A stretch of 64,000 bases of DNA from Yuukianura sp. NJ FZ-2021 (taxonomy: Eukaryota): contig CM102284.1 in NCBI GenBank assembly GCA_046563655.1, positions 5,642,001-5,706,000 on the forward strand, in the 5' to 3' direction. Shown here one piece after another: positions 39,382-52,238 of this stretch. Position 1 is the first letter of the stretch. Each line of letters starts with the position of its first letter. A program made the position numbers and the translations under genes. The notes under the pieces are model-generated. The model was given only the letters and a program-made list of their open reading frames with translations, had not been told where the DNA came from and made no database searches.

Positions 39382-42300
39382 ATGAGCCGGAACGACGGCG
39401 CTGGAGATGCAAGGAACAACGACGCAAGGGACGTCGAAAGCAGCAGCGGTTGCTGCTGCTTTTCTTCTCGAACTTCTCAGCCCCAACCAGTTCGAAACAG
39501 CGATCTCATAGAATTGGAACAACCGAAGCGATGTACGGACATTGTGTTCTTGGCAGTTTATACAATTTTTTGCCTTTTTATGGTAAGGTCAACAGCAAAG
39601 TTTTTCTGGTTGCTGGCTTACCTTGGAGGGGGCTATTTCTGTTGGGTACTTAATCTGTTTTTCGACCTTGGTTTTTGTTTAGGTTGTGATTGGGGTATTT
39701 GCAATAAGCTACGGAAATCCCCTGCGCCTGATCAACGGAATGGACAGTTTTGGCAATATTTGTGGAATGAAAAACGACGAAATTGAAAACATGAATTTCA
39801 CTGGAATGGACATGAGCTACAAACCGTAAAAACTGAGCTTTTAAAAAGAAGAATTTGTTTGTGACATGCATTTTACTTTTTCTGTGATGCTTTTTGTAGA
39901 TTCGTTTTCTTCTTCGACCCGTTCAATATGGCCGATTCGAGAAAAATTTGTGTCAAGGCTTGTCCTGATGTACCAATCAACAATTTGCAGGAACTCCAAG
40001 ATCTGCATCGAAACATGAGCATAAGTTTATGCCAGTAAGTTCAAGTGGAAAAGTTGACGGCAAAAGTCAACAGTTCCACAATTCAACTTTTTTTTTCTTA
40101 TTTTTTCAGCTATGATTTTCAATCCGACTTTCTTGGACGAATGGACTCGGCTTTTACGGCTGCTATTGCCAAACAAATGTGTCCGACACTTCCTTATCCT
40201 GCAACGTAAGATTCTAAAAAATTACTCCAAAATCAAAACTTTTCGAAATCTAATTTTTGACTAATCTGTTTCTGTTTTTCCAGAACTGCTGTGCTGAAGC
40301 GATGCATTCCACAACCTGTTGAAGGAAAAGACATGTCTGGAGTGTATGGCTACCTGAATGGTCTCAACCCGTTTAGCCAAGTTCTTGGTGACCTGGCGCT
40401 GACATGGGGAGCGACGCTTGGCCTCTCAGCGGTTGCCTTCCGTAAGTGACATGATCTGTTTTAACTTGATTCATCCTACAGAAGAACTTAACTTATCTCT
40501 AACTGTTTTTTAGTTATTTCGGTGGTGCTCATGCTCTGTGTCCACTGGATGTCGTCGGTGTTGGCGTACATAATTCTTATTCTTGGAGCCCTCAGTTCAA
40601 TCGGTACGGTTTTATCTTCTTTTTTTATTTCCATTTTGATTTGTTGTTTTCAAGTTTTATTCTAATCAATTTGCACAGGATTCACTTCGTTGTTGTGGTG
40701 GGTTTACTTTGATGTAAAGGCAAGGCTGGACTCGACTCCACCGTCGCAGCTCCTTGAAGAATCAGTCAAAAACGAACGAGCTTTCCTCACTTACAGCATT
40801 ATTGCGACAATCGTTACAGTCATGTTACTTTGCATCATTTTCTACCTAAGAAGCAGGGTCAAGTGGGTCGTCAAATTGTTCAGAGAAGTTGGATCAGCCC
40901 TAAGAGCAATGCCGTCGCTGCTCCTTCATCCTCTCTGCACCTACATTATTCTCGTTTGCTTCTTTTCAATTTGGCTCCTAGTGATCTTGTGTCTAGCAAC
41001 GGCAGGTGAGATTTTCAGAATTTTTGCAGATTTGAGTACTAACTAGGTACTTTGCGGGCTTTTTTCAAAATATTTTTTCGATTTCAAAACCTGTTTTGTG
41101 TCAACTAGATTACCCTGCTGCTCGTCATGTACAATTATACCCAGAGTCTGGGTTGAAAACAAGTGCGCTGGCGCAACCACATGTAGACGTGCCTCCGACT
41201 GTCGCCACAGGGGCAACTATGACCGTTCTGGAGTACACGGATGCTTCCTGGGTCAAATACTTGTGGTGGGTCTACATCATTGGACTAATTTGGTGCTCAG
41301 AGTTTATACTCGCTTGTCAAAAAATGGTCATCGCCAGCTCCATTTCGACTTGGTACTTTTCACGGTAAGTTCGAAAATGTGACGTAACTTAATTTTGACT
41401 ATTAAACATACATCATAGTAATTCATACTTCATGTTCAAAATTTTGATTTGGTAGGGACCGTGACAGCCTCAAATGTGTCATTCTGCAATCCATCTTGAA
41501 TTTGACCCGGTTCCACCTCGGGTCAATGGCACTGGGCGCTCTGCTCATTACAATCCTTCGAATCCCACGCTTAACGTTCAGTTTCATAAACAAAGTTTTG
41601 AAAAAATGGCAACATTTCACGGTGGTTCAACTCCTTACAAAATGCTGTTCCTGTTGCCTCAACTGTTTTGAAAATTGGCTTCAAATGATTCACCATAATG
41701 CCTACACAGTCATTGCAATTCAAGGGGTCAACTTTTGTCCTGCAGCAAGATTGGTAAATTACAAAACACTTTATTTAAAAAAATCATGCTGAATACAATT
41801 AGTAATTTGAAATATTTTTGAATCTGAACAGGCACTCCAAGCTTTGGTAGAAAATACGCTACACCTTACCGTGGTCAACACTGTGGGAGACTTTCTTCTA
41901 TTTTTGACCAAAGTTGTTGTCGCTTGTCTCACTGGGGTCATTGCCCTGCTCATTTTCCGAAGCGATGAACGCCTCTACTTCTACGCAATTCCAATCCTCG
42001 TGTCCCTCATCTTTGCCTATTTTGTGGCCCATGCAGTCATTTCCGTTTTTGAGGTAAAAAAAAAATCACAATTTCAGAAATCTGCAGAAAAAACCGATTT
42101 TCTACGAATAATCTAGTGTTTTGCTCGTAGCGACTTATTACAAGCTTGTACTAATTTTTAGATGGCTTTGGACACACTATTTTTGTGTTTCTGTGAAGAT
42201 CATAACATGAATCATGGTACGGATTCACAAAACTTCTCTGCACCTCCAGAACTTCTTACGTTTATGACGGAGTGTTCTAAACGACGTAGGTCTCCGCGCA

Positions 42301-42401
42301 GCGCCAGTCCTATTTCTCGAAAACCCGATCCCGATCAGACCATAGTTAACGGTGAAGAGCTTATGCCAATGAATACACGATCCTACCAAGTCGACACTTA
42401 A
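39382..42401 (+). CDS. SLC44A1: Choline transporter-like protein (CTL1/SLC44), multi-exon
   Basis: Motifs RCTDIVFL, GNPLRLINGMDSFGNICG, WCSEFILACQKMVIA..STWYF, RFHLGSMALGALLI, HNAYTVIAIQGVNFC, VNTVGDFLLFL and FEMALDTLFLCFCED. Confidence 0.93.
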
Positions 42402-42936
42402 AAACGCTTCAACTTGCCAGTCAATAACGTACACTTTTTTCAGTTTTCAATTTTAGAGCAGCTAACTACTAACTCACAACAAAGTAATGCTTAACTGATC
42501 AATCTCCGGCAACGATTTTAGTCAGTATTTCACTTTATCTGTATTGTTAACTCCAAGTGTTGTAAATCTGTTCTAGATTTAGATATGTAAGTGGATCATG
42601 TTTTAGAACAGGAAATGGTGCCTTAGTTTAGAATTTTAGAAAAGGGTTGTTGTGGGTTAGAAAATGTAAAGTTTTAAAGTAATGTTGTTTAATTAGTCCT
42701 TTAGTTTCACGGCATAACTGTTATGTTTAAACAACAATTTGATTCCTATTAGAGTTCAAAGTCAACGCTACTTTACTAGGTAAGGTTTTTAAAACATTTT
42801 AACAAGGGAGACTTCTTATGACTTAAATCATTACAATGGTGCAACTCAAAAATAATTAAAAACGTAAGAGTAATTTTATGGGAAGAAACATAGTCGGATT
42901 AACCAAAATTAGCTAAACTGTGCAACATTGTTTAAA

Positions 42937-44478
42937 TTAAGTCGCTTCTGGCCTAACTTGAAAGATTTCATCTGTAGGATCCAATTTGTGGGAAACTTTT
43001 GGTCTGGAATGCTCGTATTCTATCTTTTGCTGGATACGATTCGAGTACTTTCCAGCCAGCGATTTCTTGAGCTCCGAACGATACTGAAAGGAAAGAATGA
43101 AGGTGTTAAGCATGTGAAATGCTGGCTTAAAAAACTGAACAGTTACCTTGTTCGGAGTGACGAAATGTGGATTTGACCAAAGCGTAACTCCGTTGAAGCT
43201 TCCTTCGAAGATTCTGATTGGATTTAGAACAAATCGTGGACCAATTTCTACCAGGGATCCAGTTTCTTCCATGATTTGATAATTTCTGAACCAAACTCGG
43301 TTGTCCAGAAAAGTAAAGGTGAAGACGTGATCTATAAATGGCTGACTCCGGGGATAGTGATATGGTGTCCCAAAGATTTGGACAAACATTTCCTTCATCA
43401 GCTGCAAGTGTGGTTCAGTGTCAAACGTTGGATCAAATGAAAGGATAGCACGAGATCCCTTGAGGCAATTTCCTGTGAACTTGAGCTCTTCCATTGTATT
43501 CACTGAATCAAACACGATTACTGCAAAATTATGTTAGGAGCTGGGGAAATTGATTTTGTCAACTAACCATTCTCCATAAGAAACTTTATGGAAGGTCCGT
43601 CAGGAATATTGGACAGCCACATGTACAGATCACCAGCCTTTCGGCACTCGAAGAATATTGACTTGTTACAGTTCTTCATCTCGGCAATCTGAACGAAAGG
43701 ATTGATATTTAGCTTTATGTAAACTGTCATTTTAATCCAAAAGCATCTCTTTTATCCTTCTAACCTCATTGACTTCAAACAGGGAATCTTTCTTTTCCAT
43801 TTTTGATTCCGTTTTCGAATGCGGCAACAATCGCTGAATGTTCTTCATGATGTGACGACCTTGAAAAGCAATCCCTCTTGTAGAAAATATCAAAACCCGT
43901 TGTTTGTTCCTCCAGCCTTTCTGTAATGTAAAATATCGGTCGAGGTAAGGATTAACGACCGTCATTGTAGCCGCACAGTGTAGCCGCTCCGCCATTTTTT
44001 GTGGCTACAATGGGTGGCTACACCTGAGCGGCAACTTAAGTAGCCACTTTAACCTAACCTAACCTAACCTAAAGTGGCAACATGAGTTGCCACACAGTGT
44101 AGCCACCCATTGTAGCCACAAAAAATGGCGGAGCGGCTACACTGTGCGGCTACAACGACGGTCGTTAAAGCTTACCTCAACCAAAATATCCAGATCAAAT
44201 ACAAATTATACGAAATAGAACAAAAGAAAAGAGCAAAGATATTATCGTTGTTCGAAAAATCCTACTTTAGTTGGTTTGGGGTCATCAGACTGCCGTGTTT
44301 CCGGTAATTGAATTTCACTTTCCGCTTTGATCCGTTCATTTTCTTCGGCAACTCGGGCAGCTAATTTTGCTGCAAGGACCTTCTTGTTCACCTTCTTCTT
44401 TCGTTGAATTGTTGTCAAGTCTTTGGTGACATATTCCGAAGGAGTTAGGCTCACTTTTTTACCTTTGACCTTTACCAT
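42937..44478 (-). CDS. BRIX1: Ribosome biogenesis protein BRX1 (Brix domain), 5 exons
   Basis: Motifs WRNKQRVLIFSTRGI, LLPHSKTESK, LYMWLSNIPDGPSIKF, TMEELKFTGNCLKGSR, SQPFIDHVFTF, RVWFRNYQI and LVEIGPRFVLNPIRIFEGSF. Confidence 0.95.
43938..44182. mobile_element. 245-bp foldback MITE in BRX1 intron 1 with an 8-bp target-site duplication
   Basis: Inverted arms of ~112 bp start GGT(C/T)GAGGTAAG. TSD AAAATATC at 43930-43937 and 44183-44190. Central (AACCT)4 at 44051-44070. Confidence 0.9.
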
Positions 44479-45412
44479 GTTGTGTCAACTAATCGAAAAT
44501 AAAACCAATGTATGATTAAAACTAATTCTAATGCAATAAATTAATTAAACTAATAACAAGAATGACAGAATTAATCCACCTTATGAAAATCCAAGAAGCA
44601 CGTGGAGTGCAACAAGGTTTTTTGAAGTAGGAAAAAATATAAAAGTTTTGAAAGAGTCTTTTGCATGGGAGGCCTTTGGGAGAGGAGAAAAGTAGACAGG
44701 GGATAGTACGAAGCGAAGAGGCGAGACAGGTCATTTGGTCTTGTGTGTTTTTCTATGGGAAGGAGAGTGGTGGGAAAAGGATAGGAAAGGAGGAGGAGCC
44801 TTCTTGCTCCGCATAATCTCCTGTCAACTTTTTCGTCCTTCTGCCTATCCCCCAATGTTAAACTTCAGTTCAAAATTGGATCGGGTGACAAAGGGTGTTG
44901 TGCAGCAGCTGCTACATCAACCACACAAATTCAGAGGGTGACGAGTGTTCTGTGAGTAACTGCTACACCAACCACCAAAATTATTCAAACGTTAATTTCA
45001 CACATTTTTGCGCGGTTTTGCAAAAGTTTCGTCTCACGTTACCTTTATATGCTTATAATTATGTAACAATAGGACACCTTGGATTTTATTCCTAAATATT
45101 TTAATGTACTTTAATTAAATGTAATTAAATATAATAATTAGTCGCAACGCCGAGCCCAAGGTAAATTGAATACAAACAGAAGCATGAATGAACTTTATAG
45201 ACATTCATTTGAATATATCACACAATTATGATCACCGTGGACACGCGTTTACCGTTATTGATTACCTAATTTTTTAATGCTAAAAATCAAACGAACGATT
45301 TGCAATTTCAGGATATTGCAGATTTCCATTTCTAAATTGTCAGTGAACGTCTAAATTATAATAAAATTGCTTTTCTGCAATAAAAAACGTCTGTCTTCTA
45401 CATGTTTTAAAA

Positions 45413-47574
45413 ATGGATTCTGAGGAGTCAAGTTCCGATGATGACCTCCCAGTACGAGTAATAGCCGTAAACGCTTCCTATTCTTATGGGTCATCGCAAT
45501 CACAGACGTCCAGATCGGATGCTGCGTCATCATCTGCGCAAGAGTTCCAAACAGCTTCTGAGAGGTCAATGTCCCCGGACATCTTCGATGACATTCCAGT
45601 ATGAATTATTTTTGAAAATATCATGAAATTTGACCTTTTTGGACAACGTTTTGAGAAAACTTACGTTTTGATGAATTTCTGGTTGACCAGGATGGCGTCC
45701 TGATCAAAATCTTGCAATTGCTGCCGCTGAAGTGTCTCAAATGCGCACGCTTGATAAATCGTCGCTGGTATTCTCTTAGTCTCAGTCACCGCGTCCTGCA
45801 AGCGTCGATATGTTTCGTCGTTGATGGTCGTGTGCTGGACCAAAGTGGAACCCGCCTTCAAAACTACCTTGACAATGAATCTAAACATGGTCTCCAGCCA
45901 TTCAGCACACTCCGAATGCAGAAATGCTCTTACGATCAGTTATCCTGGATGACCTCTGCCCAAGCATCAACCATTACTAATCTGGAGCTGCACAATTGTT
46001 CCATTCGATGGTCAAACATTCTACGATTGCTGTCTGAATTGGTCTCCTTGACCTCATTTGCTGACATCCAGGACATGTACTGCTGGGATTACATAACATT
46101 TTCAGAAGGATTGGACAATGAAGTTCTAACTGAAAATACTGCCTACCAGACGCTCAATTTAGAAAAATTGGAAGTAGTTCGTCAGCTAACAAGAATTGAA
46201 ATTCATCGATCACAAATTACTGATTGTACTTTGTACATGAAGATCTTCAGTCTTTGGTGTGACCATTTGGAATACTTGTCAGTCACCACCGATCAAGCTC
46301 TGAGTCCTCGACCTACAGCAACGTTCTACGCATGCCTAGGTCAACTGATCCAGAAAAATGTTGGAACGCTAAGAAGTCTTTGGTTTCCATACAAGTCGAT
46401 TTACCCCATTTACGAGTTGCGCGTAGCCGATGATCACTTTCCGTTTCGAGATTTTCTCGTCTTTGTCACCGAAAACGAATGGGGCACTGGAATTCAGCCG
46501 CAGTGTTTAACGGAACTTGCAATTCAGTTTCCAGTTATTCACATTGAAGAATTCTTTTTCAAGGAGAGGCTGCGTCCATTTCTGGCCGGATGGACATCAC
46601 TCCAGAAATTACTTCTGAATTGCATCTACGTTGAGCCTGGATCGGAACATCTCATTTTAGACAGTCTTCCGAAGCATATCACTGACCCTGTCCTTGGTCT
46701 CTGGTGGAGTGACATTGCAACAGGTCAAGTTCCTACAATTAGTCAACTGAAGCTATTCACTCAAACGATTTCAATCCAACCATTTCGTATGTCCCTTGGA
46801 AGACAATTGCGAAATTTCATTCCACTGTATGATCCGGATGACATGACCCAAACTAGTGTGGATGCAGATAGATGTCATTATCCAATGACAAAAGAGTTGC
46901 AATTTTTTAGCAAGTCACCACACTTTCGATTCTTCAATGTTGAACTGATTACAAGCACTTTTACCAAATTGACGCATCTGAATTTGGTGGATCACAATAC
47001 CCGGATAGATCGGAATCATGCGTCGGATTCTCCTTGTACTCTGGAAGATGAAGATCTGCAACTGATCATCATCAATTTGAAACATTTGACGTTTCTGCAA
47101 TTGATTGGAAATTTGGTGTATTTGACGGATGCTGGAATTACTGGACTTTTGCCAACAGCATCTCGCCGTATGCTGAAGCTCAATACGTTTGAACACGCCG
47201 ACGGAGATGTTACTGGAGTGCCTCTGCATCATCTTCAACGTAAGGATTTTTAAAATATAAATTAAAATTTTGACAAAGTTTTCAAAAAATTAGCAGTTGC
47301 TTTGTGTTTAAGGCCTCAAAACGCTGGTTCTACGCGGTGTCGGCATAAAAGTGACAGACGTTTCAGCGCATTTTGGATTTTGCTCAATGCCGTACATTCG
47401 AAAATTGCACATCTATGGATCGCAGCAGGTTAATTTCGCTAATTAATTAAACTACGCTGCCACAATTTGCTGATATGTTTTATTCAAAGTATTATTTTCT
47501 AGATTACTCCAGCAGGACGCATGTATCTGCAGTCTCAATGTTGGTGTTGCAGAGGCTGTGATGTTCAAGTTTAG
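45413..47574 (+). CDS. F-box/leucine-rich-repeat-like protein; exons 45413-45598, 45691-47239, 47312-47428, 47503-47574
   Basis: F-box motif across the first junction, DIP|DGVLIKILQLLPLKCLKCARLINRRW. LRR-like segments ITNLELHNC, LTHLNLVD, LKHLTFLQLIGN..LTDAGITG and LKTLVLRG..VTD. Confidence 0.8.
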
Positions 47575-48481
47575 GAATTGGGCTGAAATTTTGTTTCCAA
47601 ATTGTAAGCAAACATTGTTTTTCAATATTAATTTTCTTTGAAAACCAGAAACTTGGGCGTGGCCAAGTGATTCATTACAAGTTTTCAACTTCACACCAAA
47701 TTACATTGTAAAATTCACAATTAAACCGTCATTTTCTTGAAAAAAAAGTTACGCGAACAAAACAAAAAAAATTCTAATGCTGGTTTTTACGTCACATAAA
47801 AATTTTCGTAATTCTTCTGGGCACCATTCCCGCATGAAAGCATGTGAGGAAAATAATTAAATTTCTAAATTTTAATTCCTAAATCATGAACTTTTAGTAG
47901 TAGGCATTTACAACGGCATTTCACTTTCTACGCTTAATTAATTAATTACTAATTAATAAAATAAATAAATAAATTACTTGTTTTTCAAAAATTTAAACTT
48001 TAGGTGAAAACAAAATTACTGAAATATTATTATTGCTACAGTTCGACGCCAAATAAAAATAATTATTTTTCGTGTTTGAAAAAGGGAATGCAAGATCAGT
48101 GACGTCACAAGGCTAAAGTGAATGACGTCACAAAGATAAAGTTGGAAAAGAGGGGGAACCTTTTTGCTCCGTAAAATGTCCGCATAGCATCCGGCCAAAA
48201 TCGAGAGTCTAGTTTTTAGATAGCAGTCTGCACGACACAAAAATCAACACAAATCACACTGTGACTTTTTAGCAACCGACGCTCACTGTTGACCTATTAT
48301 AATCTGAACTATTTTTTAAGTGGCATCACATGCAGAAAACATTTAAACATTTTTGCATTTTAACGTAACATACCCATCAAAGATCAAAATATTTATTGAA
48401 ATATGTAATTTTTTAAAAGTTTATTTAAAATTTAAAATTACATGCCCTGGAGCTATCACGATTCAAAACAAAATTAAGATT

Positions 48482-50617
48482 TCACAGATTTTCATGTTGG
48501 TTGTCCAGAAGTCCAGCTTGTGGCTCAGGATCTCTGGCCTTGAACAGAAGTTGTGTATGTCTGGAGAATCCATTGGAATTGGACTGTCTCAGAATGTAGA
48601 TGATGTACAATTGGATAATGAGGAGCACCAATGAAGTCATGCCAAAGAATATCCACAAGGTCACAGTAGAGTGACTTTCTGAAGGTTGAGAAGTTGAGGC
48701 TTCGGCTGGTACCGGTTTGGTCGGAGTGGCCGGTTCGTCTGTCGGTTTTCGCATGTCAGCAGTATAGAATTTGAGGAGGCCCTCGTCCGGACGCATGTCG
48801 TCGCCATCTTGATCTAAATTTTTCAGAAGGTGCCATGGAGTCAAGTGGCTCACGGTCACTTCAGTGTCGGTTCCACATCCTTCAGCTTCTGAAGCAAAAA
48901 AGCGTTTACCGTCGACCACCATTGTGCATTTACAAGGCAGAGTCACTTCCAGAGCACCGTCAGCCAGGACAGAAAGTTCGTGATTTTCGACTTTAAAGTT
49001 GGCGTCGGTCGAAGATGACGATCCCATGGGAGGATGTGATTGGTCGACATCGGCTGCTGCTGAAGTGGACGGAGGTGACGAGCCATTGTTAACGTGACAG
49101 CTAACAGTAGCTTTTGTACCGTGACCGATCAGGAGAAACTTGTTTTTACCAACGGAAGTGACCTCTCCGGGCAGGTCACCGCCAAATTCATAAAAACACT
49201 TGAACGGACAATATGTCAAGACTTGTTCAAAATTTTCATTGATGAGAGCAGTTGCACATGGGTCGATCATCCGGCTTGAAAATGTGTCCGATTTGAGACA
49301 GAGTTCGTTTGAATTGCAAGTTGTACGACGGGCGACTTGTCGTACAGTGTCGTAAACGAAGCGCTGAGTACTGTCAACCTGGACGTTACAAATTTTGTTG
49401 TCGTAGATAAATGTCGCCGGGGTTAGCGCCAGCAAGCGATGTGGAAATGGCAGCGAATCTGTTTTTTGTTGTTCCTGCTTCGTCTTCACTGGAATTTGTA
49501 TCCGAACGACGAATGTTTCATTAGTGTAGGTGCAATCTGCTAGTGGAGCGCTGTAGTACTTGGAAATTAGTGACAACGGTATGGCCAGTTCGTAATTGTT
49601 GACAAATCGTTCTCGTTTGGACATTTCGTCCAACTTGTCTTGAAAATTTTGACTTGTGATGAGGGAATGCGGAATGACTTGGGCTGAGCAGTCCTGGACA
49701 GCATGTGACCATCGATATTTTTCAGCATAGTACACGGAGAGCAGTGAGCCTTGAATTGTCGCACGAGCATTTGATAGTGTTGCGGAAGCGACGAGGTCAA
49801 AGGTCGTATTGGTCCCTGTGATTGACTTGTAAAAGATGTTGTAAAAATTGGATTCCATTTTGGTAAAGGGATGACGAATGCTAAAGTTGAAATCTGGTAG
49901 TGATCGCTCTAAAAGAATCAGTGGAGCATCAGTTTCCAGTGTATCGGTGTTACATTTTTCCAGTGCTCGAATGTACATGTCCAGTTCATCTGGTTGGATG
50001 TAAACTCCACTAAAATGGCGCTGGATTTGGTTGCAAAAGTTGCTACCGGACAGAAGAGCTGCGTAGTAGTCGGAATGATGTGCGACGTCCGTAACTATTG
50101 TTCAAAGTATTTGAAAAGTTAAATGTAATTAACTTTTCTGCTAACTACTTACTTTATTTTGTGCTTAGCATTGGATCAGTTACCTGGCTGGAGCGCCAAA
50201 AAATCAATGTGGAGATTCATCACGGCTTTGTTCATGTGGTACACGGAAGGACAAGTGTAGCGGTACGGAAACGTTTCGGATGTGCAGTTGTACCAATCTG
50301 AAAAGAGGAGTTGAATTTTCAAAATTTTAAAAGTTCGAATTCTTTTCTTTCGAGATTTTGAATTTTCAAAATTTTGACGCCATGATTGACTCACTGTTAA
50401 AGGTGACATCACTCTTGTTCCAATGTGGCAGAATGTACTCGAGTAGAATTGGCAAAAATGTGTCATAGAAGATGGGACTAGGTAAGTCTTGGATGTAAAC
50501 ACCCGAAGTAGCTTTGGAAGCATACGAACTATGCTGTTCAACTGCTTCGACATTTGACCTCTGACAGGTCACCAGCAGAACGACTAGCATCCAAGTAGCA
50601 GTTGTGGACACAACCAT
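48482..50617 (-). CDS. 649-aa type I membrane glycoprotein resembling baculovirus F / errantivirus Env; exons 50617-50395, 50297-50184, 50094-48482
   Basis: Signal peptide, two phase-1 introns and an intact 1950-nt frame. Cys-rich membrane-proximal ectodomain, several NxS/T sequons, TM segment VTLWIFFGMTSLVLLIIQLYIIYIL and a short tail. The F-like assignment comes from remembered motif spacing and is less certain than the gene model. Confidence 0.7.
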
Positions 50618-52238
50618 TTTTACACTTGTTTGTTCCTCCCTCCAAGTCCCTGTAATTTCAAAAAAAAACGTTAAATAACAAAGTGTTTCAAAAGTTTGAA
50701 AAAATGTATCGCTTTCTCTTTGACTTTCACCCAAAGTTCTAAGTTTTACTTTCACTCTTTATTTTGAGGGGTCCAAAAATTTGAATTTTAAAGATCACAA
50801 ATGACTCACGTAGTTTCATGGCTGCCTTGATGTCAAAGTGTCAAATTTTGTTTTTGTGTGTTAATTTTGTGCACTTGAGGACAAAGATGAAGCGATGATG
50901 GTTTTGGAAGCTAAAGTTTTTTTGAGCTTTAAACTTGCGTCTGAGTCAGCACTTGCAGTGGGACGTCTGTAGACTGAAGATGATAACTTTTAAAGTCTTT
51001 TCCTTAAGAGATCTGTCTTCTTCAAAGTGTTTAAGTGTTTAGAGGAAGTTAATTTGGACGATAAGGAGAAGAAGTCCAAGTCAGCGTCATCCCACGAACA
51101 ACGTCTACTTTAGTCCCTGTTTCAATTCGCATTTGAACAGAAACATCAAATTTTATACAAACTCGGCCTTGGATATGATATTTGTTCTGGAAAGTCCAGA
51201 GGGCCAAGGAGCCAAGATGTCATTCTCTAATCTGTGCATGTCAGAAGAGAGGTCAAGGGTTGTGAAGACTCTGGATCGAAGATGACCTGATGGATGATCA
51301 TGACAAAAACTTCAAATGCTAAAATAATTTCACATGGTTTCTACATTTGTAAATCATAATGATTAGTTAGTTAACATCTTCTAAAACCACATAAGATTCT
51401 GGGAAGATTGTTTGCGTCGTTCTCATTGGGTCCTTCCGGAAGAAGATAGAAATGACGCAATGGAACAAAAATTGCGACGAATTTAGCACTAAACAGCGAC
51501 AAATTTTGTGTTCAAATGAAGTAACGTCATTAAATGGGTCAAAGGTCAGTCGTTGTAGGCTTTACTAAGGTCAGACCAATTCATTCGATTTGTGTTACTT
51601 TCCGTATCAATCAGCAAAAAAACACATGGCATTTTGAAAACCGGTAGAATTTCGAAACTCAAAAATTTTTAAATGTAATTTCGAAAAAAAATGCAAGTTT
51701 TTTTTTAAAGTTTCACTTCGATAACCGTGCATTGCGGCGTCTCTTCTGTAAAGCGCGAGCCGTAGAATTCAAAATTAAAAACATATGACTATGACGAAAA
51801 ATCATTTTTGGAGGAAGGAGGTGATTTGCAAATTGGCTTTGAAAGATAACAAGAAGAATTACCACAAGAAAGGCAATTAGTTTAGTGTTAATTAATTAGT
51901 TAATCTCAACTCTAAACGTTAACTGGAATCATGGAATCGAGAACTAACTCGCAATTATTCTGCTGACTCCCGTTATTTTGCTTATGTTTGTCAAAAGTAC
52001 GTTTAAACGCAAGCGACGATTTAGACTTTGTTACGTTCCTTGGTTTCTTTCTTGTTCTTATCGTGTTTGTTTTCCTGGACTTTGGAGGTCAAGATCCTTA
52101 AAACCACAAATTGACAATAGCCATTGAAGATGAGCTTTTGTTTTAGCTGGAACCAGAAATCCGTAAACACATAAACATTATTCAACTTATATTTGGGGTC
52201 GAGGTCAAGGAGGAACAGGAGACGTAAAGGTCAAAATC

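Noticed and set aside
44051-44070. (TTAGG)4 as a telomere or chromosome-fusion scar
   Set aside because: Only four units, centred exactly in a TSD-flanked MITE.
44125-44307. Two ORFs starting MAERLHCAAT (44125 +, 43995 -)
   Set aside because: Both starts arise from the two arms of the palindromic MITE; the real BRX1 exon begins at 43920.
48482-51600. Intact retrotransposon or endogenous virus around the F-like gene
   Set aside because: No gag/pol ORFs, LTR pair or other viral genes are visible, and the gene has spliceosomal introns.
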